Sequence record: OZ336096.1
DNA length: 64,000 bases
Strand: one strand, 5' to 3'
Source: a phage
Both the position numbers and the translations under genes were made by a program. Positions 1 to 9,565 of the stretch are shown in pieces. The stretch's first letter is position 1. Every line of letters starts with the position of its first letter. A model generated the notes under the pieces. That model saw nothing but the letters and a program-made list of their open reading frames with translations. It did no database searches and was not told the DNA's origin.

Positions 1-812
1 TTTAAGTCACTTAAAGTGTTAAGTGGGATACCAATCTCAAAAGTTGGTGCATGGAACTCTTCATTGTTCATCAGTTCATAAACCTGCTTCATATGATTAT
101 GATAAATCTGAGTATCTCCAAAGACACCTATCAAGTACCGTGGAGTGTATCCAGTCATCTTACAAAGAACTTCCAGAATAAAACCATAAGATGCAATATT
201 AAACGGAAGTCCTAAAAAGGTGTCTACTGAACGCTGATACCATTGTAAGTCAACTTCACCCTCGTTAGTAATATAAATCTGAAACAGAACATGACAAGGT
301 GCTAGAGCCATTGAGTTTGCTGCAATATCTGCTGCATTCCAAGCATTAACAAGCATGTAACGGTCTGTGATATCACCCTTCATCTTCGTTACTAAGGTTT
401 CTAACTGGTCTACAACACAACCATTATGACCTTCAAAGTTTCTCCACTGAACTCCGTAGATTCTTCCACCTGCATCCTCTAACCAATCTTGTTCAGAAGA
501 ATAATTAGAGCTTAACCAGCGTTTAAAATCATCTGACCAGATAGTCCAGCGGTCTCCGTCATTTTCACCCCAAGTACGGTAACGAAGTTCACCCAGTTTA
601 TTCTCACCATTCAGGAACCATAAAGCTTCCCCGATAACTTGCCGTGTAAACACCTGTTTAGATGTTAAGAGTGGGAAACCAGTTCTCATATCAAAACGAA
701 ACTGTGGTGGAGCAAATGCAGAGATAACATCTCCAGTTCGTGTAGTACGCAGTTCACCAACGGATAAAACATGGTTCAGGATATTTTTGTAACTTGAATC
801 TGCTTGTGACAT
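1..812 (-). CDS. td: thymidylate synthase (partial; C-terminal part runs off the window start)
   Basis: Minus-strand ORF starting at ATG ~810-812; reverse-complement translation of ~230-290 gives ...QIYITNEGEVDLQWYQRS..., a thymidylate synthase signature. Confidence 0.8.
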   Translation of the reverse strand, partial: MSQADSSYKNILNHVLSVGELRTTRTGDVISAFAPPQFRFDMRTGFPLLTSKQVFTRQVIGEALWFLNGENKLGELRYRTWGENDGDRWTIWSDDFKRWLSSNYSSEQDWLEDAGGRIYGVQWRNFEGHNGCVVDQLETLVTKMKGDITDRYMLVNAWNAADIAANSMALAPCHVLFQIYITNEGEVDLQWYQRSVDTFLGLPFNIASYGFILEVLCKMTGYTPRYLIGVFGDTQIYHNHMKQVYELMNNEEFHAPTFEIGIPLNTLSDL

Positions 813-813
813 A

Positions 814-1359
814 TCAAAAGTGTCCTTTTACTTGTGGAACATAAATTTCAAAGGTTGCTTTACCATCATCTGAGGGTCTTGACTGCACCTTTGCAAATAC
901 ACGGCTATCATACAACTTATCGAAGAAGTTTTCAAAAGGTAAATGCACAGTGGCCTCTTCAGTTACTTTATGGAAGACTGTGTGGAACACTACATCAGCA
1001 TACGGTAAAGCATTTACAAGGACACCTACACCACCAATTACAAAGACATCTTCATCAATAGAGCTATCAAGATACTTCAAAAATGCTCCAAAGGATTCTT
1101 TACTGGCCTTAGCATACATTACATCATCTTTGTCAAAGTCTATACCTAAATATGGTACAGAGTTTGTTAAGACGAGGTTTGTACGTTCTGGTAAAGGTTT
1201 ACTACCCAGAGTCTTAAAAGTTTCATTACCCATGACTACTAAGTTGTCTTTAGTGAGTCTCTTAAACTCTTGCATATCCTGTTTATGTCGAGGCCACGGC
1301 ATACCAGTTGGAGTACCAAACTCCCCATTTTCACCACTTGCAAAGATTAATTTAATCAT
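814..1359 (-). CDS. frd: dihydrofolate reductase
   Basis: 181 aa; N-terminus MIKLIFASGENGEFGTPTGMPW...LVVMGNETFKTLG is typical DHFR; sits directly upstream of td. Confidence 0.85.
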   Translation of the reverse strand: MIKLIFASGENGEFGTPTGMPWPRHKQDMQEFKRLTKDNLVVMGNETFKTLGSKPLPERTNLVLTNSVPYLGIDFDKDDVMYAKASKESFGAFLKYLDSSIDEDVFVIGGVGVLVNALPYADVVFHTVFHKVTEEATVHLPFENFFDKLYDSRVFAKVQSRPSDDGKATFEIYVPQVKGHF

Positions 1360-1616
1360 TTTGTAAATCCTTTCTTAATGAACCAGTTGATAACATTCTT
1401 CACAGCTTTATTGCTATGGTAGATTAAGTGTGGTGTAGGTTGGTATGCACCATAAGCCCAGAAAGCAATGATTTCATTACACCCTGTACACCTTGTGCTC
1501 TCTTCAGCGATATGACCGTTGACTATTTCACTTACCTCACCTTGTAAGTCTGTACACCCACAATGTGGACATCGGATAGGTGTTCCATCAGACTCATAGC
1601 AGTGTTCAATTTTCAT
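1356..1616 (-). CDS. small zinc-ribbon protein (hypothetical)
   Basis: 86 aa with CPHCGC...CTGC cysteine pairs; start overlaps frd stop. Confidence 0.5.
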   Translation of the reverse strand: MKIEHCYESDGTPIRCPHCGCTDLQGEVSEIVNGHIAEESTRCTGCNEIIAFWAYGAYQPTPHLIYHSNKAVKNVINWFIKKGFTK

Positions 1617-2138
1617 TTATTTAACCTCAAAAACTGGCTCAAGAACCAATATAAAGTCTACACAGTCATCTTCTTCATCCAGAATACCATCAAAGTTCTT
1701 AGGAACGAAGTCGAAGAGGCTCATAACAAAACAGTCAGAAGTGACCCTGATAGTCCCTCCAATATTCTCTACAGTTAACACTGTACGACTTTCTTTTACC
1801 TCCCTCAGAAGATTATCCACAAAGTCATCTAAGAAGTACTTCATCAGTGACTTAAAACCTTTAGGGTAATCTGTACCAGAGTATGTTTCAATCTGAGGCA
1901 CAAGCTTAACATTTATACTAGTCTTTGTTAAGAACGTGTTAGAGAACATACTATCAGGTAACTTACAAACAGTCTTTCCAGTACCTTCATGTTCAATCTC
2001 AACAAAACCAGCTTCGTCACCACATGTAGCTATTTTAAAAGATGCCTCATTCTCATACTGTGAAGCCATAAACTTTTTAAGCATTTCTTTAAGGAAATCT
2101 GCATGAGCATCTTGTAAGTAGATATCAATCATAATCAA
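1617..2138 (-). CDS. hypothetical protein
   Basis: 173 aa ORF, same strand and tightly packed with neighbours. Confidence 0.5.
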   Translation of the reverse strand: MIMIDIYLQDAHADFLKEMLKKFMASQYENEASFKIATCGDEAGFVEIEHEGTGKTVCKLPDSMFSNTFLTKTSINVKLVPQIETYSGTDYPKGFKSLMKYFLDDFVDNLLREVKESRTVLTVENIGGTIRVTSDCFVMSLFDFVPKNFDGILDEEDDCVDFILVLEPVFEVK

Positions 2139-2145
2139 TCACCTA

Positions 2146-2505
2146 TTATGGGAACAAGCACTTAATGTCATCGTTTTTGAAAACGAAGCTTGTGTAGTTA
2201 TGACCGTCAACATCCAGCCAAACAGCCTGAACATCTACACCATCAAGGTTGTGGTAAAGCTCTTTGATGAAGTGGTCTTTCACAATCTGACTGCTAGTAG
2301 TTTCCAGCTTAATGTTCGAGATTGCTGAACCTACAGCCATGTAGCCCATGACACGTTTCTTCTCAGTATGCTTAATCTTTCCATCTTTGTAAGCCATAAT
2401 GAGATTGGAAAGAATTTTTACACCATAATACTTTTCAAGGTGAGTAGGTACACCATAAAAGCCTAATGCGAAGTTTTCAGAGTGGATAATGTTTTCACGT
2501 TTCAT
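2146..2505 (-). CDS. hypothetical protein
   Basis: 119 aa ORF in the operon-like minus-strand block. Confidence 0.45.
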   Translation of the reverse strand: MKRENIIHSENFALGFYGVPTHLEKYYGVKILSNLIMAYKDGKIKHTEKKRVMGYMAVGSAISNIKLETTSSQIVKDHFIKELYHNLDGVDVQAVWLDVDGHNYTSFVFKNDDIKCLFP

Positions 2506-2506
2506 G

Positions 2507-2836
2507 TTAATCTGCCAACCTTAAATTGAAATTAACACCAAATTTTTCACATACTTCCAACATATACTCAAGGGAGACGTTACCAGTGAGATGGATTATG
2601 TTGGATACACGAGCCTGAGAGATACCACAAATTTTAGCGACTTGCTCTTGAGAAAGACCTCTGGATTTAATCTCTCTCTTAAAACGATGTGCAACGAAAT
2701 CTCTCATTTCGTCTACATCCATTGGACAGATGTAATTTTCCATTTCAGCCTCTCTATCAGCCTCCCAATCATCTTGTGGAGCATAAGGGTCAAAAACCTC
2801 ATTCATCTTTCTTCTTCCGTTTGCGTGAAGCATCAA
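2507..2836 (-). CDS. XRE-family helix-turn-helix DNA-binding protein
   Basis: 109 aa; LSQEQVAKICGISQARVSNI resembles an XRE HTH. Confidence 0.6.
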   Translation of the reverse strand: MMLHANGRRKMNEVFDPYAPQDDWEADREAEMENYICPMDVDEMRDFVAHRFKREIKSRGLSQEQVAKICGISQARVSNIIHLTGNVSLEYMLEVCEKFGVNFNLRLAD

Positions 2837-3011
2837 TCAATGAATCTATGTTTGTAGCTCTAACCTTTTCACGTTCATCGTTAAGATAATCATCAAGAGC
2901 CTTTTCAATCTGTGAATCATCTTGACAGATAACTGTAAAGACTGTAAAGCCGTCTGTATCGTCAATTATCTTACCATAACCGCTTCTGGGATGTAACTTT
3001 TTAAGAGCCAT
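2799..3011 (-). CDS. hypothetical protein
   Basis: 70 aa ORF; overlaps the upstream end of the HTH gene by ~38 nt. Confidence 0.3.
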   Translation of the reverse strand: MALKKLHPRSGYGKIIDDTDGFTVFTVICQDDSQIEKALDDYLNDEREKVRATNIDSLIDASRKRKKKDE

Positions 3012-3012
3012 A

Positions 3013-3396
3013 TTAGATACCTGTACAGCTTCTGTTTTCTAAGAAATACTCAACACCATACATAGCTTTTTGCATCAAATCTTCTTTAAACTGGATACGA
3101 TGATTGAGCATAGCCTGTACATCAATATCATCATGGTGTTTCTCTTTAATATTTGCAGATTGCAGGAAATACTCTGCAAGAACACGATATTGATAGTCAG
3201 TAACCTTATCAGTCATCTCTGTTAAAGACTCTTCAGAGATTGGTTTAAGTAACTCACCATTAGCCAGAGCAACACCTTTTACAATCTGGCAAGTGTCTTC
3301 TGGAACACCTGATAAGTCCACATTTGGAAGTTCTGTTGCATTGACTGGTAAATTCATTGCCATAACCATTGCAGCAGCTAATAAAATCTTTTTCAT
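3013..3396 (-). CDS. secreted/periplasmic protein (hypothetical)
   Basis: 127 aa; N-terminal signal-peptide-like MKKILLAAAMVMAMNLPVNA. Confidence 0.5.
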   Translation of the reverse strand: MKKILLAAAMVMAMNLPVNATELPNVDLSGVPEDTCQIVKGVALANGELLKPISEESLTEMTDKVTDYQYRVLAEYFLQSANIKEKHHDDIDVQAMLNHRIQFKEDLMQKAMYGVEYFLENRSCTGI

Positions 3397-3829
3397 AATG
3401 ACCTCAAAGTTATATTAAATTTTGTATTACATTGAGTATAAAAATAAGCTATAACACCTGACTTGTCAACAGATTTTATAGCTTATTTGGCAGATTTTTT
3501 ATAAGGCTACTGCCATCCTTCCATACCAGACTACACCATGCCAGACCAGACTTCACATCACCCTACCGTGCAATACATTACTTAAAAAACCTCTTAGAAA
3601 GACTCTTAAGTGATGCTGGTGAGTACCCGTTGGTTTATGCTGCTCAGTATACTCACCAAATTTTCTATGTCAACAACTTTTATATAAAAGTCCTGATAGC
3701 TATATGTGTTACAAAACAGAAGATTGTGAACAAAACACCCATTGCAAAAGATGTGTCCAAAAGCTTACTTGCAATGTATGACAATACAAAGACAACCAGT
3801 ATAAACAGAATGACTGTACTGAACATAGT

Positions 3830-4930
3830 TTACTCATAATCCCTAATAACTAGCCCTACAGGAAACTGTAAAGAACCCTTACGAGTCATCTTCTGGAACT
3901 GAACAGTTAAAGGTTTCCCGATAAACTCTTCAGGATGCTCAGCAAGATACTGTTTCTTCTCATGAGTAGTCTTCCATGATACATCTACAAAGACGTTAGG
4001 AAGAGTCTCTACAACGAACTTGCCATGACCACGCTTATCAGTCTTTACACCAGTCACTTTAAACTCTTCAGTGTGCATCTTCTTGTGCTTAATCAAGAAG
4101 TATGAACGGTGACAGCACTCATAGAAGGAGTCTTCAGAGATTGAACGGTACATTGCACCTTCAAACTGAGCTTCAACCCACTTATCATGGGCTTCATCAA
4201 ACTCTTCCCAAGAATTTACACGGATAGTCTGTACAGGAACCACTCTACAGGTATCCCCAAGCTCAACAATAGGTGAACTATCAATAACTTCACGACGCTC
4301 AGGCCAAGATTTTGAATTGTCACAGATATCATACCAGTAGAATTTAAGAAGGTGACGGTCTGGATTGTCAGCATTCTTAATCATAGACACAATATCTTCT
4401 AAGTCCTGCCCATGAGCATAAATCTCACCATCAAAGTCTTCAACTTGTGGATGTAATTTAAGCAACAAAAGCAAATCTGGAATTAGTTCTGCTGGAACGT
4501 TGTAAACAGTATTCTCACGAGAATAAGCTGTGAAACTAACTGTATCAGCATCTCTTGAAATTCTACAACGTACACCATCAAGTTTTGGTTGAGCATCAGC
4601 AGGGAACTTCAAATACTTTGCATGGCTAACCTTTGCAGCATCATGAGCAAGCTGTACACCTACCTTCTCAGTATTCTGTGCAGACTCTTTTGTATAAGCA
4701 TAACCTTTACGGTCAACTTGCTTTTTATACTTAGCAGCAACTTCAAAGAGAGCTTGCTGTTCAGCGTTACGCTCATTCTTTTTACCGATGTTTTTAGGTT
4801 CTGCTGTATACTCTTCAAACATCATCTTGCCATTTTCTTTACCGTAGGTTGTAATAACTTTGTCACCTACAGCAACACATGACCAAACGTTAAAAGAGCC
4901 ATCTTTATTTTGTTTGTACAGTATTGTCAT
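3830..4930 (-). CDS. ATP-dependent DNA ligase
   Basis: 366 aa; nucleotidyltransferase motif I KLDGVR, motif III FDGEIY, motif IV EGAMYR, motif V LIKHKK; T7-ligase-like size. Confidence 0.75.
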   Translation of the reverse strand: MTILYKQNKDGSFNVWSCVAVGDKVITTYGKENGKMMFEEYTAEPKNIGKKNERNAEQQALFEVAAKYKKQVDRKGYAYTKESAQNTEKVGVQLAHDAAKVSHAKYLKFPADAQPKLDGVRCRISRDADTVSFTAYSRENTVYNVPAELIPDLLLLLKLHPQVEDFDGEIYAHGQDLEDIVSMIKNADNPDRHLLKFYWYDICDNSKSWPERREVIDSSPIVELGDTCRVVPVQTIRVNSWEEFDEAHDKWVEAQFEGAMYRSISEDSFYECCHRSYFLIKHKKMHTEEFKVTGVKTDKRGHGKFVVETLPNVFVDVSWKTTHEKKQYLAEHPEEFIGKPLTVQFQKMTRKGSLQFPVGLVIRDYE

Positions 4931-5133
4931 TTTCTCTTACCACCAATTTCTACGTCAATAACTTGAACATCACCAGCAACATCAAACTTATGAATGATGC
5001 TTTCCACAGTGTAAGTCCAACCATCAATGCGAACAAGCTCACCTTCTCGTGGGACTATTGGATTACGTTGAGCTACCGTTGTAGTAGAGTGAACAACATC
5101 ATAACGGTAGATATAGTTTACTAGGACTTCCAT
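4927..5133 (-). CDS. hypothetical protein
   Basis: ORF 4927-5232 trimmed to internal ATG at 5131-5133 (MEVLVNY...) so it does not overlap the lipoprotein gene; RBS-like GAGTGAGG upstream. Confidence 0.35.
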   Translation of the reverse strand: MEVLVNYIYRYDVVHSTTTVAQRNPIVPREGELVRIDGWTYTVESIIHKFDVAGDVQVIDVEIGGKRK

Positions 5134-5143
5134 CGTGAAAACC

Positions 5144-5401
5144 TCACTCAATAACCGTAGTATGTGATTGACCATTTTTGCCGTAGCTATAAGATGTTGT
5201 TGTTTGAGAGTTTGGACATCTGACAACAACAATATCCCTACTTATAGCGTCACCATTGAGTTTGTAGATTTTGCAGTCTTGCATCTCTGGAGGGAGGCTA
5301 TAAGAGGTATCTTTGTTTTCATAAGATGGGTTACAGCCAGCCAGAAAAATTACTCCAAGTGCAACCATTGCTTTCACACAACTCTTAACCTTATTGTTCA
5401 C
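5144..5401 (-). CDS. small lipoprotein
   Basis: 85 aa; signal peptide with lipobox LAGC (MNNKVKSCVKAMVALGVIFLAGCN...). Confidence 0.55.
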   Translation of the reverse strand: MNNKVKSCVKAMVALGVIFLAGCNPSYENKDTSYSLPPEMQDCKIYKLNGDAISRDIVVVRCPNSQTTTSYSYGKNGQSHTTVIE

Positions 5402-5533
5402 GATAGTCTACCTCTCTGTATGTTTTTAAATAGTGAGTGATGAGTTCTGGTAATTCACTACGTTTAACGTTTGAACGAAGAAGTGTCCAGTCAAAACCTT
5501 TACCAACCCTTCCCCAGAGACTGTACATTTTCT

Positions 5534-5752
5534 TCATAGCAACTCCAGAATATCAATACGTTCACCCTTAAGGACTCCGGTGCGGTCTCTTGCAATCTTA
5601 CCGTCAACGATAAGGATATGCGCGACCTTTAAAGCCTCACGATTAAAACCTTTTAAGAACTTACTAGGCATCACCACAATAAGCATCTCTTGAATCAACT
5701 CTGGAGTATAGCAGTTGTCGTGAAGTTGCTGAATAACGTCTGCAAGTGTCAT
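5534..5752 (-). CDS. hypothetical protein
   Basis: 72 aa ORF. Confidence 0.35.
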   Translation of the reverse strand: MTLADVIQQLHDNCYTPELIQEMLIVVMPSKFLKGFNREALKVAHILIVDGKIARDRTGVLKGERIDILELL

Positions 5753-5803
5753 ATAACCTCCTATATAAGATACAGTATAAGGTACTCTTCCCTGAGCACC
5801 TTG

Positions 5804-6337
5804 TCAACTTAGTTTTGCAAACTCTCCGTGGAGTTTAATAGCAGCTTCACAGTAAGCTTTATGGGCTTCTTCAGGGGTGTCATGGTGACCTAAAAACATC
5901 TTCTTACCTTTATAACTTATCTGTGCGACCCACTTACCAGACTTCTTCTTAAGACTTACACCCTTGTACCCAGATTTATTGGTGACTGGTTTACCTTTAT
6001 TCCAAGCACTTTGAAAATCATCTGCTTCCCTTAAGTTTACAATCCTGTTGTCAAGCGAGTCTCCGTTGATATGGTCAATGATACCTTTTGGCATCTTGCC
6101 ATACACGTAAAGCCATGCGAGTCTGTGTGCTTTATGTGCTTTCTTGTCAAAATAGATACTAATCTGTTTATGACCACTTGAATCAGTCTGGATATTACCT
6201 GCCACCTTTCCTGCATAATTACTGTTAAAAACACTAACAGCTCTTGATTTACCTTCTCTACGAAGCCAAGTAAAGACCCCTGTTTCGGGGTCATAGTGCA
6301 GCAGCTCCTTTAAACGTTTTTGTAAAATTAAGTCCAT
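5804..6337 (-). CDS. HNH homing endonuclease with AP2-like DNA-binding domain
   Basis: 177 aa; HNH motif IIDHINGDSLDNRIVNLR; C-terminal AP2-like SGYKGVSL..GKWVAQISYKGKK..LGHHDTPEEAHKAY; lies immediately downstream of the split polymerase gene. Confidence 0.75.
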   Translation of the reverse strand: MDLILQKRLKELLHYDPETGVFTWLRREGKSRAVSVFNSNYAGKVAGNIQTDSSGHKQISIYFDKKAHKAHRLAWLYVYGKMPKGIIDHINGDSLDNRIVNLREADDFQSAWNKGKPVTNKSGYKGVSLKKKSGKWVAQISYKGKKMFLGHHDTPEEAHKAYCEAAIKLHGEFAKLS

Positions 6338-6340
6338 TAA

Positions 6341-6895
6341 TCAATGTACCTCATACCAGCTCTTACCAACCTTTGCTGTACCAGTTACAAGTGTTTCTTT
6401 CCTCAAACCTAAGTTTTTTGAAGCTTGTCCATACATCCAGTCAGCAATTGCTTTCATATCCTGTGTCATACCCTCTGGACATTCCCAACTATTTTCATCG
6501 TGATATGCCAGAAGTAACCTTGCTCCGATAGCTGGTTTTCGAGCATTCAGTTTTGTCAGGCCATCTTCACAGGCTTTTCTTGCTGCTAGGTTGATGGCCT
6601 CATTCTGAATCTGTGCTTCCGAACTCATCAGGAGGTAGTTCAGTAGTTTATGTGGAGATTTGCACCATATCCATGCTCCAGCGACCCTGATATAACCACC
6701 TTTAGCAATTGAAGAATTCTTCCCAAAAACCTCTTCCAGAGCCTTTTTAGACGCCTTAAAATCGGCTTCTAAGCTATCAAGTAACTTCTTAATCTTTGGC
6801 AGACGCATATAGTAAGTTTGTTTAGTCAATGCACCTTCTTCCGTAGATGATGCTTTGATAGTTTTTGCAAACTTCTCGTCACCTGCACCGAACAA
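6341..6895 (-). CDS. DNA polymerase (family A), C-terminal exon/fragment
   Basis: Frame opens after a TGA as ..PDVLFGAGDEKFAKTIK (second half of motif B) and contains LLLAYHDENSWECPEG (motif C HDE). Confidence 0.7.
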   Translation of the reverse strand: MFGAGDEKFAKTIKASSTEEGALTKQTYYMRLPKIKKLLDSLEADFKASKKALEEVFGKNSSIAKGGYIRVAGAWIWCKSPHKLLNYLLMSSEAQIQNEAINLAARKACEDGLTKLNARKPAIGARLLLAYHDENSWECPEGMTQDMKAIADWMYGQASKNLGLRKETLVTGTAKVGKSWYEVH

Positions 6896-7160
6896 TACAT
6901 CTGGTCAATACACTCGCAAGGTGTACCAGTTCTCTTATGAACTTCTCCGCATTTCTACGGAGTGTCGGACTATATCACGTAGTAGTAATACTACCGTTGC
7001 ACTTGGGAATGGTCATTAGCTTACCACCCTACTCTACTCAGTTCATACATTAAGTATGCTTTTCGATAGTCTCTGAACGTTCCTCTTAAGAGGCTTCGCT
7101 GCTGATTACCATATCTTTTAAGACTTAGGCTTCCAGCAATTCACAACGTTTTACATGCGC
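6896..7160 (-). other. intervening sequence in DNA polymerase gene, putative small ORF-less group I intron (boundaries approximate)
   Basis: Upstream ORF stops at 7125 just after ..RKKSKNGIYAS (start of motif B); motif resumes at ~6898; RNA-sense sequence has GATATAGTCCGACACTCCGTAGAAATGCGGAG resembling the P9 region of the nrdD intron. Confidence 0.5.
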
Positions 7161-9308
7161 CACTGACGCATAGATGCCATTTTTGCTCTTCTTACGACCT
7201 TTTGTAATCTCGTGAAGAAGTTCCTCATCCTGTGTCTCCCTACAACGAACAATATCTTCTTCCTTGTTCAGACCAAAGTAAATACTGTTCAGTGTATGCG
7301 CATCAGTCCCTGTGTAGACTTCATAGAGGTCGTTCTCAGCATCATAACGAAGATACTTGTCAGTTTCTGGATTAAGATACTTATCGAGATGCTTGCAATA
7401 GTATCTTCCATCCTCTTGCTTAGTGAACTCTACTGACTCTTTACCCTCAGTTACTGCTTTAGTGAAGTCTTCATCACCCATAAAGTTACAAAGAAGAACT
7501 AGCTGGGCTGAGTTCTGGTCAACGGAAACGATGTTAGTCCCCTCCTCACAAATCCACACCTCCCTCATAGGTGCTCCATAGACAGCAGCACCAGACGGTA
7601 CGTTTACAATACCATATTGCGTCATACGTCCAGTTGAAGTACCAAACACCATTGCACCAGCACTAAGGCGACCATCTGGACGAATCTGGTTCAACCAACC
7701 TTTTTCATCATCCTTTGAGTTCTCAATAGTCCTGCGTCGGTGCATCAAAGTATAGTACTTAGCAATCTTCTGTCCAAGCTCACCTTCAATCGTATCATAA
7801 GATGATTCAGTAAGTTTTGGTGAAGTACGGATTAAGCAAGGCTCAAGCAAATCTGTGTACTTCTTCACAGACCAGTTATGTTCAATGTACTGGACACCTT
7901 CATGTTCAACATAACTCAAGCCGCACCGTTCAACCATCTCCTGCCACTTAGGATGCTTTGTAATCATCTTTTTGTTGTCTTTGAAACGACAAACTTTGAC
8001 AGGGCGACCATCTGAATCTTTCTTGTAGTTCCAGTCATCTGGAATCCAGCCAACTGATTTCAAGTAGTCTTTAACAACTGCTACTTGAGTCATACGAGAA
8101 ACTTCAAACTCAATTGGTGTATATGGTGCATCAATCAATCCTGTGTAGCGACTTGACTCCAGTCCAAAGTGGTTAACAACATGACTGTTATAGTACTTCA
8201 CAGTTTTAACTGTTTTTACTGGCTTCCAGTCTTTGCATTTCTTACCAATCTTTGCGTTCAACTCATTGCAAATTGCACGAGCATCCTTCATTGCTACAAA
8301 ACCCTCCTTGTACTCTTCACCAGTTACAGAGTTGGTTGGCGTATAGCAATTTCTCTTTTCAATGTTAAAAATCTTTGTAGTTGGCTTACCAAATGGTTTG
8401 ATTTCGTATGTCTGCATCTCACCGTTACGTACCTGCTGACGATACTTTGTCTTAGGGTACTTGGTAATCCTCTTCAGTCCATCTGCATGACCAAATGTTT
8501 CAACATACTCATTCCAAGCTTTTGCAAACTCTTCTCCAGTGACTTTACCTTTGGTCTTAATAGTTGGAGGAAGATGTGGTTCAACCTCTGAAGCAAGCTC
8601 ATTAGTCAACTTGTCAAGTTCCTTTACATGGAACTCCATAAGTTCTTTATCAGCTTTCCAACCATTGATAGCTTGTTGACTCATCCAGAAAGATGTTTCT
8701 TTAGCTCGCATGTAGGTTTCATAAGTGTCTATGCCACACTTCTTAAGCTTGAGATACTCATTATCAAGTGCCCGTTTAGTTTTGGCGTTAATACGGATAT
8801 CTTCTACAACACGAGTGAAGATTTCTGCATTCCACACACCCCAATGTTCAATCTCTGGTTTACGAACACCAACACGAGCACCCCATGCAGCCAAACCATG
8901 AGCACCTTTATAACCCTTTGGAGTTGGTCTATCCATCCACTGAACACGAGACTGGATAAGAGAATCCTGAAAGAAGTTACTCCACGGTTTACACTTTGGA
9001 TTATCAAAGTTCCATAAATCAGGTGCAATGTGGTTGAAAACCCACCAGTCATAACCGAGACCATTATGGATGCAAAGACGTTTTGCCTTTAACGCAAACT
9101 CAACACCTTCACGCAAACCACCCTTAATGTACTTGGTATACTTGTGACCGAGGATAGGCTCGTCTGTAAAGACCCATACAGGTGGCTCTTCATCGTCAGA
9201 TTTATAGTCTGCAAAGGCCATTACGTGAACTTTAGTGAACTCAAGGAGTAAACCATCAGTTTCTGTATCACCAACCAAATGTAAGTTTTTAAAATCTACG
9301 TTTTCCAT
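7125..9308 (-). CDS. DNA polymerase (family A) with 3'-5' exonuclease, N-terminal exon/fragment
   Basis: Exo I motif LVGDTETDGLL; motif A VSVDQNSAQLVLL; GTDAHTLNSIYFG; start chosen at MENVDF (9308) with GAGGGA RBS; ORF track gives 7125-9338. Confidence 0.8.
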   Translation of the reverse strand: MENVDFKNLHLVGDTETDGLLLEFTKVHVMAFADYKSDDEEPPVWVFTDEPILGHKYTKYIKGGLREGVEFALKAKRLCIHNGLGYDWWVFNHIAPDLWNFDNPKCKPWSNFFQDSLIQSRVQWMDRPTPKGYKGAHGLAAWGARVGVRKPEIEHWGVWNAEIFTRVVEDIRINAKTKRALDNEYLKLKKCGIDTYETYMRAKETSFWMSQQAINGWKADKELMEFHVKELDKLTNELASEVEPHLPPTIKTKGKVTGEEFAKAWNEYVETFGHADGLKRITKYPKTKYRQQVRNGEMQTYEIKPFGKPTTKIFNIEKRNCYTPTNSVTGEEYKEGFVAMKDARAICNELNAKIGKKCKDWKPVKTVKTVKYYNSHVVNHFGLESSRYTGLIDAPYTPIEFEVSRMTQVAVVKDYLKSVGWIPDDWNYKKDSDGRPVKVCRFKDNKKMITKHPKWQEMVERCGLSYVEHEGVQYIEHNWSVKKYTDLLEPCLIRTSPKLTESSYDTIEGELGQKIAKYYTLMHRRRTIENSKDDEKGWLNQIRPDGRLSAGAMVFGTSTGRMTQYGIVNVPSGAAVYGAPMREVWICEEGTNIVSVDQNSAQLVLLCNFMGDEDFTKAVTEGKESVEFTKQEDGRYYCKHLDKYLNPETDKYLRYDAENDLYEVYTGTDAHTLNSIYFGLNKEEDIVRCRETQDEELLHEITKGRKKSKNGIYASVAHVKRCELLEA

Positions 9309-9565
9309 TTTTACTCCCTCTAAAATCATTAACCACATACATTACTGCAAAAAATTATAAAAAGCAAGTTGACAATACACTTGACAAGGTGTTAATCTTT
9401 GCGAAGTGGGTTTTTACTTAAAAGGTTACTTAACAGTTTAACTATACAGATACTTTAAAACTCTTAAAAGATTATTTAATAGCTTTTAAAAAGCTTTAAA
9501 GTATAACGTATAGAATACGTTAAGATAAAAGATTAAAACTTAATAGTTACTTAAAAGAGGCTTAC

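Noticed and set aside
834-1366. Plus-strand ORFs 834-1061 and 950-1366 overlapping the DHFR gene
   Set aside because: They lie entirely antisense to a well-supported DHFR coding sequence and have low-complexity, His/Leu-rich translations typical of spurious antisense frames.
3397-3829. 430 nt gap between two minus-strand genes with small ORF 3630-3839 (+)
   Set aside because: The plus-strand ORF has no RBS and is opposite to both flanking genes; the gap is more likely promoter/leader sequence, and I could not support a specific RNA element.
8169-9064. ORFs 8169-8591 (+), 8628-9017 (+) and 8804-9064 (-) inside the DNA polymerase gene
   Set aside because: They sit inside or antisense to the polymerase ORF, which has clear exonuclease and palm motifs, and lack any motif or start context of their own.
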